Shown one piece after another: positions 47,244 through 55,991 of a DNA stretch of 64,000 nucleotides (position 1 is the first letter of the stretch; every line of letters begins with the position of its first letter). Made by a program: the position numbers and the translations under genes. Origin of the DNA: a bacterium (GTDB lineage Bacteria; Patescibacteriota; Minisyncoccia; UBA6257; GWB1-50-10). The notes under the pieces were generated by a model that worked only from the letters and a program-made list of their open reading frames with translations, searched no databases and had not been told where the DNA came from. The stretch covers positions 132,894 through 196,893 of the forward strand of contig JAJYXV010000003.1 in the NCBI GenBank assembly GCA_021801565.1, read 5' to 3'.

Positions 47244-47825
47244 TTATATGGTTTTCTTCGTATATTTCTTCATCAGGAAAAGCATGAAAGAAATAATGAA
47301 GATAGTACGTACAGAGTAAATCATCGCAAGAACATTGCCGTGCTGGTAGGCAGGATAGAATGCAATTGCTCCGGCTAAGAGGAATAGAGTCCAATTAGTG
47401 AACGACTCGTGATTCTCTTTCGTGTGAATTAATTTATGCAGTGTCGGAAAATATCCGACTAGAATAAGTGTTTGCACCAAAAGATTCGTCGCAAATGCAT
47501 TCTTTGAAAATACCCAGAAGCAGACGATAATACCAGCCACGATTAAATAAATCCGTTCGAATCTTTCTAATTTGATGGTGCTTCTCTTAAGTAATGAACC
47601 CAGAATGATAACACACATCAGAAAATCCCCGAGACTGTAAGCGTTGCTTACAAATTCCCACGAGGTAACTGAAAAGACCGAAAGAACGTTTAATAGGGTA
47701 GCACACACGAATACAATCCACGTGCCAATCGCCGGGGCAGTCGTGCTTGCGAGAATATCTCTTACGTATCGATATCCGGCATAAAAATATATGATGGACA
47801 ATAGTATGAGAGATAAACCTTCCAC
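47244..47825 (-). CDS. hypothetical polytopic membrane protein
   Basis: 193 aa with 5-6 TM helices. Confidence 0.4.
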   Translation of the reverse strand: MEGLSLILLSIIYFYAGYRYVRDILASTTAPAIGTWIVFVCATLLNVLSVFSVTSWEFVSNAYSLGDFLMCVIILGSLLKRSTIKLERFERIYLIVAGIIVCFWVFSKNAFATNLLVQTLILVGYFPTLHKLIHTKENHESFTNWTLFLLAGAIAFYPAYQHGNVLAMIYSVRTIFIISFMLFLMKKYTKKTI

Positions 47826-47954
47826 TGCGTCATCTCCTTATGTAGTTTGTAAAATTTTGAACTGTTTATAGTATAGCACTATTATATCAAATTTGTCAAG
47901 TTTCATTCTTGAGATATTAGTTTGTGATACAATAATATCAACTTTATTTTATAT

Positions 47955-48389
47955 ATGGATCTAGAAGTAAACATACAAGATACGATTTTGAATATCAGAG
48001 TTGCAATTTTGATTAAAACGAAAAATGGTTTTGTGCTCGAAAAAAGTCCGAACGGATATTTTTATTTTATTGGGGGAAGAATAAGAATAAATGAAACCTC
48101 AGAAGAAACCGCGAAAAGAGAAATTCTTGAAGAGATGAGCATTAAAATTGAAAAATTAACATTTAAAACCATCATCGAAAACTTTTTTATATCAAAAGAG
48201 AATCAGTCTATTCATGAAATCTGCTTTGTTTACATAGCCGATGATGAATTAGAAATACATGATTTAATGCCAGGTCACGTAGAATGTCCGAGTGCCGATT
48301 TTAGAAACATGGATATTAGGCCAAAAGTTATAAAAGATTATATTTTGAATAACGACAATAGATCACATGTCATTTTTAAGGATTTTTGA
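47955..48389 (+). CDS. NUDIX hydrolase
   Basis: The Nudix box GGRIRINETSEETAKREILEEMSI is present. Confidence 0.6.
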   Translation: MDLEVNIQDTILNIRVAILIKTKNGFVLEKSPNGYFYFIGGRIRINETSEETAKREILEEMSIKIEKLTFKTIIENFFISKENQSIHEICFVYIADDELEIHDLMPGHVECPSADFRNMDIRPKVIKDYILNNDNRSHVIFKDF

Positions 48390-48470
48390 TGGCTCTTGTC
48401 GCATTGTTTTGGTGCGTTTAATATATCACTCGAATATTTTGGTCTATTTTCTCTCTGGCCTCTAAAAATT

Positions 48471-49136
48471 ATGAAAAAAATAAAAGATCTAGATGAAAAT
48501 TTTATAGGTTGGATTAAAACTCAATTAGGCAAAAATCTTGTTATAAGGAAAGAAAAATATGGAGATCAAAGCGAGGTTTATTGTATTAATACACCTCGCG
48601 GCAGTTATTTTTTGAAAATTGCCGAAAATCTTGAAACTGAGTGTAAAAAACTAAAATGGTTAAACGGAAGACTTCCCATTCCTGAGGTAATCAAATTTGA
48701 ACACATTGGGGATAAAGACGTTTTGTTACTCTCGGCAGTTGAAGGAAAAAATCTTGCGGAACTTAAAAAAGAATGGCCGGCGGAAAAGGTTGTAAGTATA
48801 CTTGCTAAAGTTTTATTTCAATTTCACACTATTTCGACAAAAGATTGTCCTTTTGGAAGTCAAGGAAAGGGAAAAGTATTAGTGCATGGAGATGCATGCC
48901 TTCCTAATTTTATATTCAAAGACGATGTGTTTTCTGGCTATATAGATTTGGGAGACATGCGGATAGATACCCCTCATATAGATCTTTCTGCTGCGGTGTG
49001 GAGTTTGCAATATAACCTCGGTTCCGGATTTGGTTTAAATTTTTTAGAAAAATATGGAGTAAAAAACGCCACAGAGGAATTGGTGGAGAAATTAAGATTA
49101 CAATATGAAGAAACGCAAAAAGAGTGGGGATTATGA
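48471..49136 (+). CDS. aminoglycoside-phosphotransferase (APH)-family kinase-like protein
   Basis: The Brenner motif VHGDACLPNFIF and IDLGDMRIDTPHIDLSAAVWSL are present. The layout resembles APH(3'). Confidence 0.6.
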   Translation: MKKIKDLDENFIGWIKTQLGKNLVIRKEKYGDQSEVYCINTPRGSYFLKIAENLETECKKLKWLNGRLPIPEVIKFEHIGDKDVLLLSAVEGKNLAELKKEWPAEKVVSILAKVLFQFHTISTKDCPFGSQGKGKVLVHGDACLPNFIFKDDVFSGYIDLGDMRIDTPHIDLSAAVWSLQYNLGSGFGLNFLEKYGVKNATEELVEKLRLQYEETQKEWGL

Positions 49137-49212
49137 AAACGCGCGTTATTCATATTGATTGGCTTGTTTTTCGTTTTTCCCTTATAATTTCTATATTGTA
49201 ATTATTATATTT

Positions 49213-49659
49213 ATGACAACAATTTTAATCGGTGTTTTAGGTGCGGTAATTAGTGCTATGACGGGAACTCTTTGGTATTCTGGTTTGACCCCGATGGGGA
49301 AATGGCATATGCAGTATCTCGGATTTGATAAATTGTCGGAAGAAGAAAAGAAAAAAATAATTGCGAAAGCGAAGCCAAAAATGTGGAAGAGTTACTTGGC
49401 GCAAATAATTCTTTCTTTTTTAACATCATTCTTTATCGCCTTTGTGGCAAGCTATACTGTCAAAAATGGGGGACAAGCCAGTGCGGTTTTTTATTATGTC
49501 ATCATGATCTGGGTCGCTTTTACAATGCCAATGATTGGACAAAATATTCTCTGGGGTAAATCCGAAGGCGGTCTTGCATGGAAAAGATTTTTCTCAGATA
49601 GTTTTTACAATTTGATTACCTTTCTCATTATCGCAGTTGTGGCGATCTTAATAATTTAA
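49213..49659 (+). CDS. hypothetical membrane protein
   Basis: 3-4 TM helices. The ORF may start at 49159. Confidence 0.35.
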   Translation: MTTILIGVLGAVISAMTGTLWYSGLTPMGKWHMQYLGFDKLSEEEKKKIIAKAKPKMWKSYLAQIILSFLTSFFIAFVASYTVKNGGQASAVFYYVIMIWVAFTMPMIGQNILWGKSEGGLAWKRFFSDSFYNLITFLIIAVVAILII

Positions 49660-49712
49660 ATTCAAAAATATGCTCATATGGAGCTTTTTAATTTTCATAT
49701 ATTTTAATTTTC

Positions 49713-50012
49713 ATGAAAATTAAGCTTAAGCGGGATAAGTTCAAAAAGACTCGCGGCGGTTCTTCGCGACTATTAGCGGTAAAGTGCGAGAAATGCGACG
49801 AACTACTTTGTTATTATCAAAAAGACGGATCGGGATTGCTCAAGCGCATGTATATCGACCGAATCGCAAAAATATATACGGATATCGATAAAAAGTTGGC
49901 GTGCCATAAATGCGGTCACATCCTTGGCATGCGTTATATTTATGAAAAAGAAAAACGCCCGGCATTTAAGCTCTTCAAGGGATCTGTAAAAAAGAAAATA
50001 GTCAAAACCTGA
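49713..50012 (+). CDS. zinc-ribbon protein (CxxC...CxxC)
   Basis: CEKCDE...CHKCGH are present. Confidence 0.35.
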   Translation: MKIKLKRDKFKKTRGGSSRLLAVKCEKCDELLCYYQKDGSGLLKRMYIDRIAKIYTDIDKKLACHKCGHILGMRYIYEKEKRPAFKLFKGSVKKKIVKT

Positions 50013-50037
50013 TTCAAATTTAAATATAATTTAATTT

Positions 50038-51645
50038 ATGAAACGGATTTATAGGGGGATTGTTGTATATGGTGCCCCGGGAACCGGCAAGACCACATTG
50101 GCGAAATCTATTGTCTATAATTTTTCCAATGCAAAGTATGTTGAGGCATCAAGTTTGGTTGTTTATCCCGCCTCAACACTTCAGAAGCTTCCTGTAAAAG
50201 AAAACGGATTTATCCAGGTAATTTGGAAAATTTATAAAAAACCGATTAATAAATATTTTTCCCGAGAAAATGCACGGGATTTTTTCACGTATCTTAAGAA
50301 TAAATATTCTTCTTCGGTGATTGCGAAAACAATCATTTATTTACACAAAAGAGATTTCTCAAAGAAATTTCTTATCGTGGCGGGGATACGCGGATATCGA
50401 AATTCTCTCTACTTTAAGAAAAATGGATATTTCGTTCTTTATCTGAAGGCACCAAATAAACAAATCACAAAGAGATTGGCGAAACGAGAAAATTTTTCTC
50501 GAAAATTTGCAGAAAAAGAACGAGAAATCGAAGAACGACTTTTTTCCACAAATAAGGTAGAAAAAATTGCGCATCTCTCGTTCAATACTGCTGTTACTAC
50601 AGAGAGGGAAATTATTTCACAATTGAAGGCACTTGTGGAGATACAAGAATGCAAACAATGCATAAATTCAAGCGCTAATTTATCATATTCCATCGGAAAG
50701 CTTGGTTTGTGCGAGGTGTGTGAAAAATATAAATTCTATTTTAGTAAAAAATCTCTTGAACAAGAATTAAAACTTTTCCTGTCCTTAAAAAAGAGTGGAA
50801 AAGGAAAATATGATGCAATGGTGGGTATCTCTGGTGGAAAAGACAGCACAGCGATGCTCTACGAGGTGAAAAAAATGGGTTTTACTCCTCTCGCGTTTTC
50901 ATTGGATTCTGGATACTATCCGAGGCACATATCAAAAAGAGCGAGGCAAGTTGCCAAACAATTGGGTGTTGATTATGAAAAAATTGATGCGAGAAAATAT
51001 ATTCGTCCTGCTGATCGCGCAAGTTTTCAAAACACAGCTGATTTATATAACGAACGCGAATCTCCCGAATTGAAAGAAAAGTTTCGAAAATGGTACACAG
51101 AAGGACGAAGACATTATTCCATAAAGTGTGAACATCGCATTCCTTTCATCCGGACGTGTCAGTTGTGCAGGCGTGTGATTATCCGGTCGTATTATGGAGA
51201 AGCGTTACGGCATGGTGTGCGAGTGGTGGTTCTTGGAATTAACGAGTGGGCGGGACTTAGCCAAAATAGTGAATCTAAAAAATTTGTTTTTTCTGCAATA
51301 AGAAAATTACAACCATTTAAGAATAAACCCGCGGTGCATGTGGTGCATCTTCCATTCCTTCTTCAGAGAAAAATCGGAGATACAAAAAAGATTTTGAAAA
51401 AACTTGGGTGGAAAATTCCTCGAGGAGAAGATCTGGTGGAATCAAATTCTAATTCCTGTCTTTTTGCCCGTGCTGCGGAAAGCAAGGCGCGGAGAATGCT
51501 CGGATTTCATCCCGATGCAACCCGTCTCGCAAGAGAGGTAACAGTTGGATTTATCACAAAAAACCAAGCGCGCAAGGCATTGGAAAAAACGCATAATTAT
51601 AAGTATTCTGTGAAAGAAGTTTTGAAAAAAGCAAAAGTAATTTAA
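50038..51645 (+). CDS. fusion protein: N-terminal P-loop NTPase/kinase-like domain + Cys pairs + PP-loop (SGGKDS) ATP pyrophosphatase domain (TtcA/TtuA-like)
   Basis: VVYGAPGTGKTTLAKS is the Walker A. CKQC...CEVCEKY are the Cys pairs. GISGGKDSTAML is the PP-loop. C-terminal CEHRIPFIRTCQLCRR is also present. Confidence 0.6.
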   Translation: MKRIYRGIVVYGAPGTGKTTLAKSIVYNFSNAKYVEASSLVVYPASTLQKLPVKENGFIQVIWKIYKKPINKYFSRENARDFFTYLKNKYSSSVIAKTIIYLHKRDFSKKFLIVAGIRGYRNSLYFKKNGYFVLYLKAPNKQITKRLAKRENFSRKFAEKEREIEERLFSTNKVEKIAHLSFNTAVTTEREIISQLKALVEIQECKQCINSSANLSYSIGKLGLCEVCEKYKFYFSKKSLEQELKLFLSLKKSGKGKYDAMVGISGGKDSTAMLYEVKKMGFTPLAFSLDSGYYPRHISKRARQVAKQLGVDYEKIDARKYIRPADRASFQNTADLYNERESPELKEKFRKWYTEGRRHYSIKCEHRIPFIRTCQLCRRVIIRSYYGEALRHGVRVVVLGINEWAGLSQNSESKKFVFSAIRKLQPFKNKPAVHVVHLPFLLQRKIGDTKKILKKLGWKIPRGEDLVESNSNSCLFARAAESKARRMLGFHPDATRLAREVTVGFITKNQARKALEKTHNYKYSVKEVLKKAKVI

Positions 51646-51793
51646 ATTTTGTGGGGTGTGATAGGATATGTATATGTATAAAGAAGTTACTGCAGAATAT
51701 TGGCGTAAATATTTAGGATTACCGGAAAACTACCAGGTTGGGTGGCAGTTTCCGAATTGCTGGATTTACAATAAATTATTTATCTAAAAATTT

Positions 51794-52297
51794 ATGCATT
51801 TTTACGCTTTTGCGATTGTAAATATAGATGAGTCCATGAGAAAAAGAATTCCTGAAATCATGGAAGAAAGGGATAGGGAGACGAAGAGAATGGATAACGA
51901 ATTTGAAAAAATGACCTTTGATGAAATTTTGGATTCTCACGAAAAGAGAAAACCAAATGGATATGAGAAGTTATTATATGCACTGAAACAAAAAGTAAAA
52001 AAACCACTTGATAAATATTGCGCATATGGAAACACTGAAGACGAGAATAGAAAATTTGATAGTTGGGTATTGATGGATGTTTTTACTCCCAGCCGTCTTA
52101 TGAATGACACTGAAATGCTCAACGATCTCTTTCCTCAAGCAATAATGAATTCAGATTGCAGTTGGATTGAAAGTGAATGGAGTGAGAATGACGAGGAAAA
52201 CGAAAGACTGACATTAAAATGGGACAAGTTCGTGAAAAAAACTCTTGAGGAGAACAGGGAAAAAAGCGTTGTCTTGTTAATTCATTGCGATTCTTAG
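51794..52297 (+). CDS. hypothetical acidic protein
   Basis: 167-aa ORF. Confidence 0.3.
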   Translation: MHFYAFAIVNIDESMRKRIPEIMEERDRETKRMDNEFEKMTFDEILDSHEKRKPNGYEKLLYALKQKVKKPLDKYCAYGNTEDENRKFDSWVLMDVFTPSRLMNDTEMLNDLFPQAIMNSDCSWIESEWSENDEENERLTLKWDKFVKKTLEENREKSVVLLIHCDS

Positions 52298-52324
52298 GGG
52301 AAGATTATAATACTAGAAAATTTT

Positions 52325-53182
52325 ATGGAACAAAAAATAAAAAAAGGAAGAATTATAGCTTTTGACTTTGACGGGACCATTGCGAAATATAATGGGTTTG
52401 TATCACATCATGATGTTCAGGAGCCGATAGAAGAAACAATAAAAGCAATGCGTTTACTGAAAGAAAAAGGATTTAGGATTCTTATATATACAACGCGAGG
52501 AAATGAATTTGTTAAAAAATACTGTGAAGATTTTTCAATTCCTGTTGATTTTATTAACCATAATCCTGAAATGCAGGGAGAAAATCCAGGGAAGCCAATT
52601 GCATATGTATATGTAGACGATAGTGTTATCAGATATACAGGACAATCAGCAGAAGCCTTGGTATCAGAAGTCGAAAATTTCAGGGCACATTGGAAGGTCC
52701 CGATTAAAAAAAATATGTCTGACGAAAAATTAAAAGCAATATGTGAGCATTTAAACTATGAGTTTTGGATGTTTTTTGAATTAGCTAGAATACAGTCAGG
52801 GAGGGGATTTTCAACAAACGAACAGATTAAGAACGCATTGCTCGAATCTTTTATTATTCACTTTCGCAATGTAGTTGATTTTTTATATTCCCCAAATAAT
52901 TTAAAGTCCGACGATGTTTCTGCAAATCAATTTTTTGATGACCAAAATAATTGGCCTAAAATACGCCTCCCCCTTAGTCCAAGAATACGGGATGCGAGGA
53001 GTCGCATTGGAAAGGAAGTGGCTCATCTCACCTACACTCGCTTATTGATACCGCATAATAAAAAATCTTGGCCGTTTCTCTTATTAGCCCAAGACGTACA
53101 GAAAGTATGGGTACAATTTCTTAAGGTAGTTCCATCATCAAGACTTAATCAAAAATTGATGAAAGCAAGAGACAGTGTTTGA
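52325..53182 (+). CDS. HAD-superfamily hydrolase domain protein with a C-terminal domain of unknown function
   Basis: HAD motif I IIAFDFDGTIAKY is present near the N-terminus. Confidence 0.5.
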   Translation: MEQKIKKGRIIAFDFDGTIAKYNGFVSHHDVQEPIEETIKAMRLLKEKGFRILIYTTRGNEFVKKYCEDFSIPVDFINHNPEMQGENPGKPIAYVYVDDSVIRYTGQSAEALVSEVENFRAHWKVPIKKNMSDEKLKAICEHLNYEFWMFFELARIQSGRGFSTNEQIKNALLESFIIHFRNVVDFLYSPNNLKSDDVSANQFFDDQNNWPKIRLPLSPRIRDARSRIGKEVAHLTYTRLLIPHNKKSWPFLLLAQDVQKVWVQFLKVVPSSRLNQKLMKARDSV

Positions 53183-53245
53183 TAGAATATATGCCGAATA
53201 TGCGGTAGTTGATGTTTAGGTCGAATATAAAATATAATTTAATTT

Positions 53246-53809
53246 ATGAAAGAAATTGAAATTCTTGTTGATGTATTGGAATCAAAAGAAAGTGCGCTTA
53301 AAAAACTTGAGCAGTTTCATTTTGTTGGGAAAAAGAGTGTTTTGGATATTTATTTTTCTGATCCATTACGGATAAATCTTCAGCCAGATAAAGAAGGAAG
53401 ATTAAACAATTGTTTTCGCGTGCGCACGAAAGATGAGAAAACTTCCATTGCATATAAAGTTGATCATTTCACCGAGAAAGGGGAATGGACATATTCTGAT
53501 GAGCACGAAACTGAGGTGGGTGATTTCGAGATCATTCGAAAAATCATTGAACATTTGGGATTTGAAATACTTCTACAGATAGATAATGAAAAGAATACTT
53601 ATATCACGGATGATTATGAAGTTGTTCTTGAAGATGTAAAAGATTTAGGAATTTTCTTGGAAGTTGAGAGATTGAAAGTAGATGATACGGAAGATATTTC
53701 CGAGGTTAAAAAAGAAATTTGGAATTTTATTCAAACGACAAAAATTAAAGTAGGGAAAGAATTAAATGCCGGAAAACCTGAATTAATGCTAAAGAAAAAG
53801 CTTTTATAG
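53246..53809 (+). CDS. CYTH-domain protein (class IV adenylate cyclase / triphosphate tunnel family)
   Basis: MKEIEILVDV (EIE start motif), CFRVRTK, TYKVDH and FLEVE acidic patches match the CYTH pattern. Confidence 0.55.
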   Translation: MKEIEILVDVLESKESALKKLEQFHFVGKKSVLDIYFSDPLRINLQPDKEGRLNNCFRVRTKDEKTSIAYKVDHFTEKGEWTYSDEHETEVGDFEIIRKIIEHLGFEILLQIDNEKNTYITDDYEVVLEDVKDLGIFLEVERLKVDDTEDISEVKKEIWNFIQTTKIKVGKELNAGKPELMLKKKLL

Positions 53810-53875
53810 AAAACTACCTGATGTAATACAAAAACCCCGATGTGAAATCGGGTTTTTTTGTTATTTCATATTTTT

Positions 53876-54343
53876 TTATTCCACTACAATTGTTCCTTTC
53901 ATCCCTTTATCGAGATGACCTGGGACACTGCAATAAAACTGAAAGCTTCCAGTCTTATTTGCGGTGAATATCACATTTGTCTTTTTACCCGATTTAATAG
54001 TTTTTGACTTCACATTTAGTTCATTAATGACAAAGTTATGCGGATACTTACCGGTGTTGGTAAAAATAACTCTTACTCGTGCACCCTTTTTTACATGAAT
54101 TTCATTCGGTAAAAAACTAAACTCATTTCCAGCGATTGCCACGGTTTGTATTTTCTGCATTTTCTGTATTTTTTTCACCTTTTTTACAGCAACGGTTTTT
54201 TTCACTTTTTTGATTAAGTGCTTCCCACTACTCACTGCTTTCGTTGAAGTTGATTGAGGGGGAACTTGTGCGGATACTGGAATAGCCAAAAAGGCTAATG
54301 CAACCAGCATAAATGAAGCAGTAATAATTCCTTTTCTATACAT
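53876..54343 (-). CDS. secreted cupredoxin (plastocyanin/azurin-like type-1 copper protein)
   Basis: A signal peptide is present. The copper ligands are HNFV ... CSVPGHLDKGMKG (Cys-x2-PGH-x3-GM). Confidence 0.8.
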   Translation of the reverse strand: MYRKGIITASFMLVALAFLAIPVSAQVPPQSTSTKAVSSGKHLIKKVKKTVAVKKVKKIQKMQKIQTVAIAGNEFSFLPNEIHVKKGARVRVIFTNTGKYPHNFVINELNVKSKTIKSGKKTNVIFTANKTGSFQFYCSVPGHLDKGMKGTIVVE

Positions 54344-54598
54344 AAAACAAATACCTAAAGTCTTTTCTGTTCGACCTTTCTTTTATTTCTATACCTTCTA
54401 TACGTTTTTTCTAGGGAAAAAATTTCAAAATTTGGATTATGATACCGTGTTCTATTTTGATGCGTATCCTTGTTTATTAGCAGATAGATGAAGGGGGATT
54501 TGTTTATTTTATAAGCTATATTGAGATGCTAGTGTCGCCGGACAAAATGTATTATTATTATGTTCTGAAACGTATTAATAAAACGAGTATATTTTTAT

Positions 54599-55231
54599 AT
54601 GAAAAAAAAGTTGCTATCTATTTCTCTTATCCTTTCTTTTATTATTTATGCCGCGTATGAACGCATAACCGGACTTAGTGCATTATCCGTGGCGATAAAT
54701 AGAGAAAGCAAAAAAAATAATGTACCGATAGCTGATTCGACGTATATACCTACAACGCCGGTTATTCAACCACATCGTGTTCCTAGTGAAGACGACTATG
54801 AAGATGATGATGGATTTTTTGGTTCGCTTTTTGGCAAAAAAATTCCTTCTCCAACAAAACCTCCGGTACAAACAAGTCAACCAAAACCCGCCACTCCGAC
54901 ACCGGTTTCTCAGCCGACGCCTACCACCCCGACCGCCAACCCTGGTCTCTATCGCAGTGGGGAATATATCGGTTCGGTTGCTGATGCATATTATGGTAAC
55001 GTACAGGTAAAAGTTGTCGTTTCAGGTGGAAAAATTGCTGATGTACAATTTTTGAATTATCCGCAGGACAGAAATAACTCAATCCGGATTAATACTTATG
55101 CGATGCCGATTTTAACATCAGAGGCAATTCAAGCGCAGAATGCAAATGTTGATGCGGTTTCCGGTGCAACGGCAACAAGTGCAGCATTCAACGAATCGCT
55201 TGCATTCGCACTTGCTCAAGCAAAAAATTAA
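54599..55231 (+). CDS. extracytoplasmic FMN-binding domain protein (FMN_bind, RnfG/NqrC/PplA-like) with a Pro/Thr-rich linker
   Basis: An N-terminal TM/signal and a PTKPPVQTSQPKPATPTPVSQPTPTTP linker are present. The FMN_bind core is YGNVQVKVVVSGGKIADV...DAVSGATATS, whose Thr is the flavinylation site. Confidence 0.7.
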   Translation: MKKKLLSISLILSFIIYAAYERITGLSALSVAINRESKKNNVPIADSTYIPTTPVIQPHRVPSEDDYEDDDGFFGSLFGKKIPSPTKPPVQTSQPKPATPTPVSQPTPTTPTANPGLYRSGEYIGSVADAYYGNVQVKVVVSGGKIADVQFLNYPQDRNNSIRINTYAMPILTSEAIQAQNANVDAVSGATATSAAFNESLAFALAQAKN

Positions 55232-55232
55232 A

Positions 55233-55991
55233 ATGAAAAAAATCCAACTTATCATGGGCATGCCGATCATTGTGGAAATAGACGATCGTGAGGCATCATC
55301 CGAACTTTTTAATGAAGTCTTTTCATATTTTGTCTCTGTAGATGAAAAATTTAGTACATATAAAGAAACAAGCGAGATTAGTGCCATAAATCGCGGGGAG
55401 CTTAAAGAAGAGATGTGGAGCAACGACATGAAAGAAATTTTTGCTCTTTCCGAAGAAACAAAACGATTGACTGGCGGCTATTTTGATATAGTAACGCGGA
55501 ATGGCACGTATGATCCTTCCGGCCTTGTAAAGGGATGGGCAATTTTGAAAGCGGCGAATATTTTGCGTAGTCATGGAGTGAAGAATTTTTATATTGAAGC
55601 CGGTGGAGATATAGAAACAAGCGGCAAAAACACAGAAGGGAATTCGTGGTATATTGGCATCCAAAATCCATTCAATAAAAAAAGAGAAGTGGTAAAAACA
55701 GTATATTTACGCAATAAAGGAATTGCTACTTCAGGCACCTACCTCCGCGGTCAGCATATTTATAATCCAAATGATAAAAACAAACCACTGAAAGATGTGC
55801 TGAGTTTAACCGTTATTGGACCAAATGTATACGAAGCTGATCGTTTTGCCACTGCGGCATTTGCCATGGAAAACGCGGGTATTGAATTTATTGAAAGACT
55901 TGAAGGATTTGAAGGGTATCAAATCAACCATGACGGAAATGCTATAATGACGAGCGGATTTGCCAATTATATTTCCAATTCATATGTTTAA
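55233..55991 (+). CDS. FAD:protein FMN transferase (ApbE family)
   Basis: FDIVTRNGTYDPSGLVKGWAI, YIEAGGDI and the GIATSGTYLRG ApbE motifs are present. The start is taken at MKKIQLIMGMP. Confidence 0.85.
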   Translation: MKKIQLIMGMPIIVEIDDREASSELFNEVFSYFVSVDEKFSTYKETSEISAINRGELKEEMWSNDMKEIFALSEETKRLTGGYFDIVTRNGTYDPSGLVKGWAILKAANILRSHGVKNFYIEAGGDIETSGKNTEGNSWYIGIQNPFNKKREVVKTVYLRNKGIATSGTYLRGQHIYNPNDKNKPLKDVLSLTVIGPNVYEADRFATAAFAMENAGIEFIERLEGFEGYQINHDGNAIMTSGFANYISNSYV

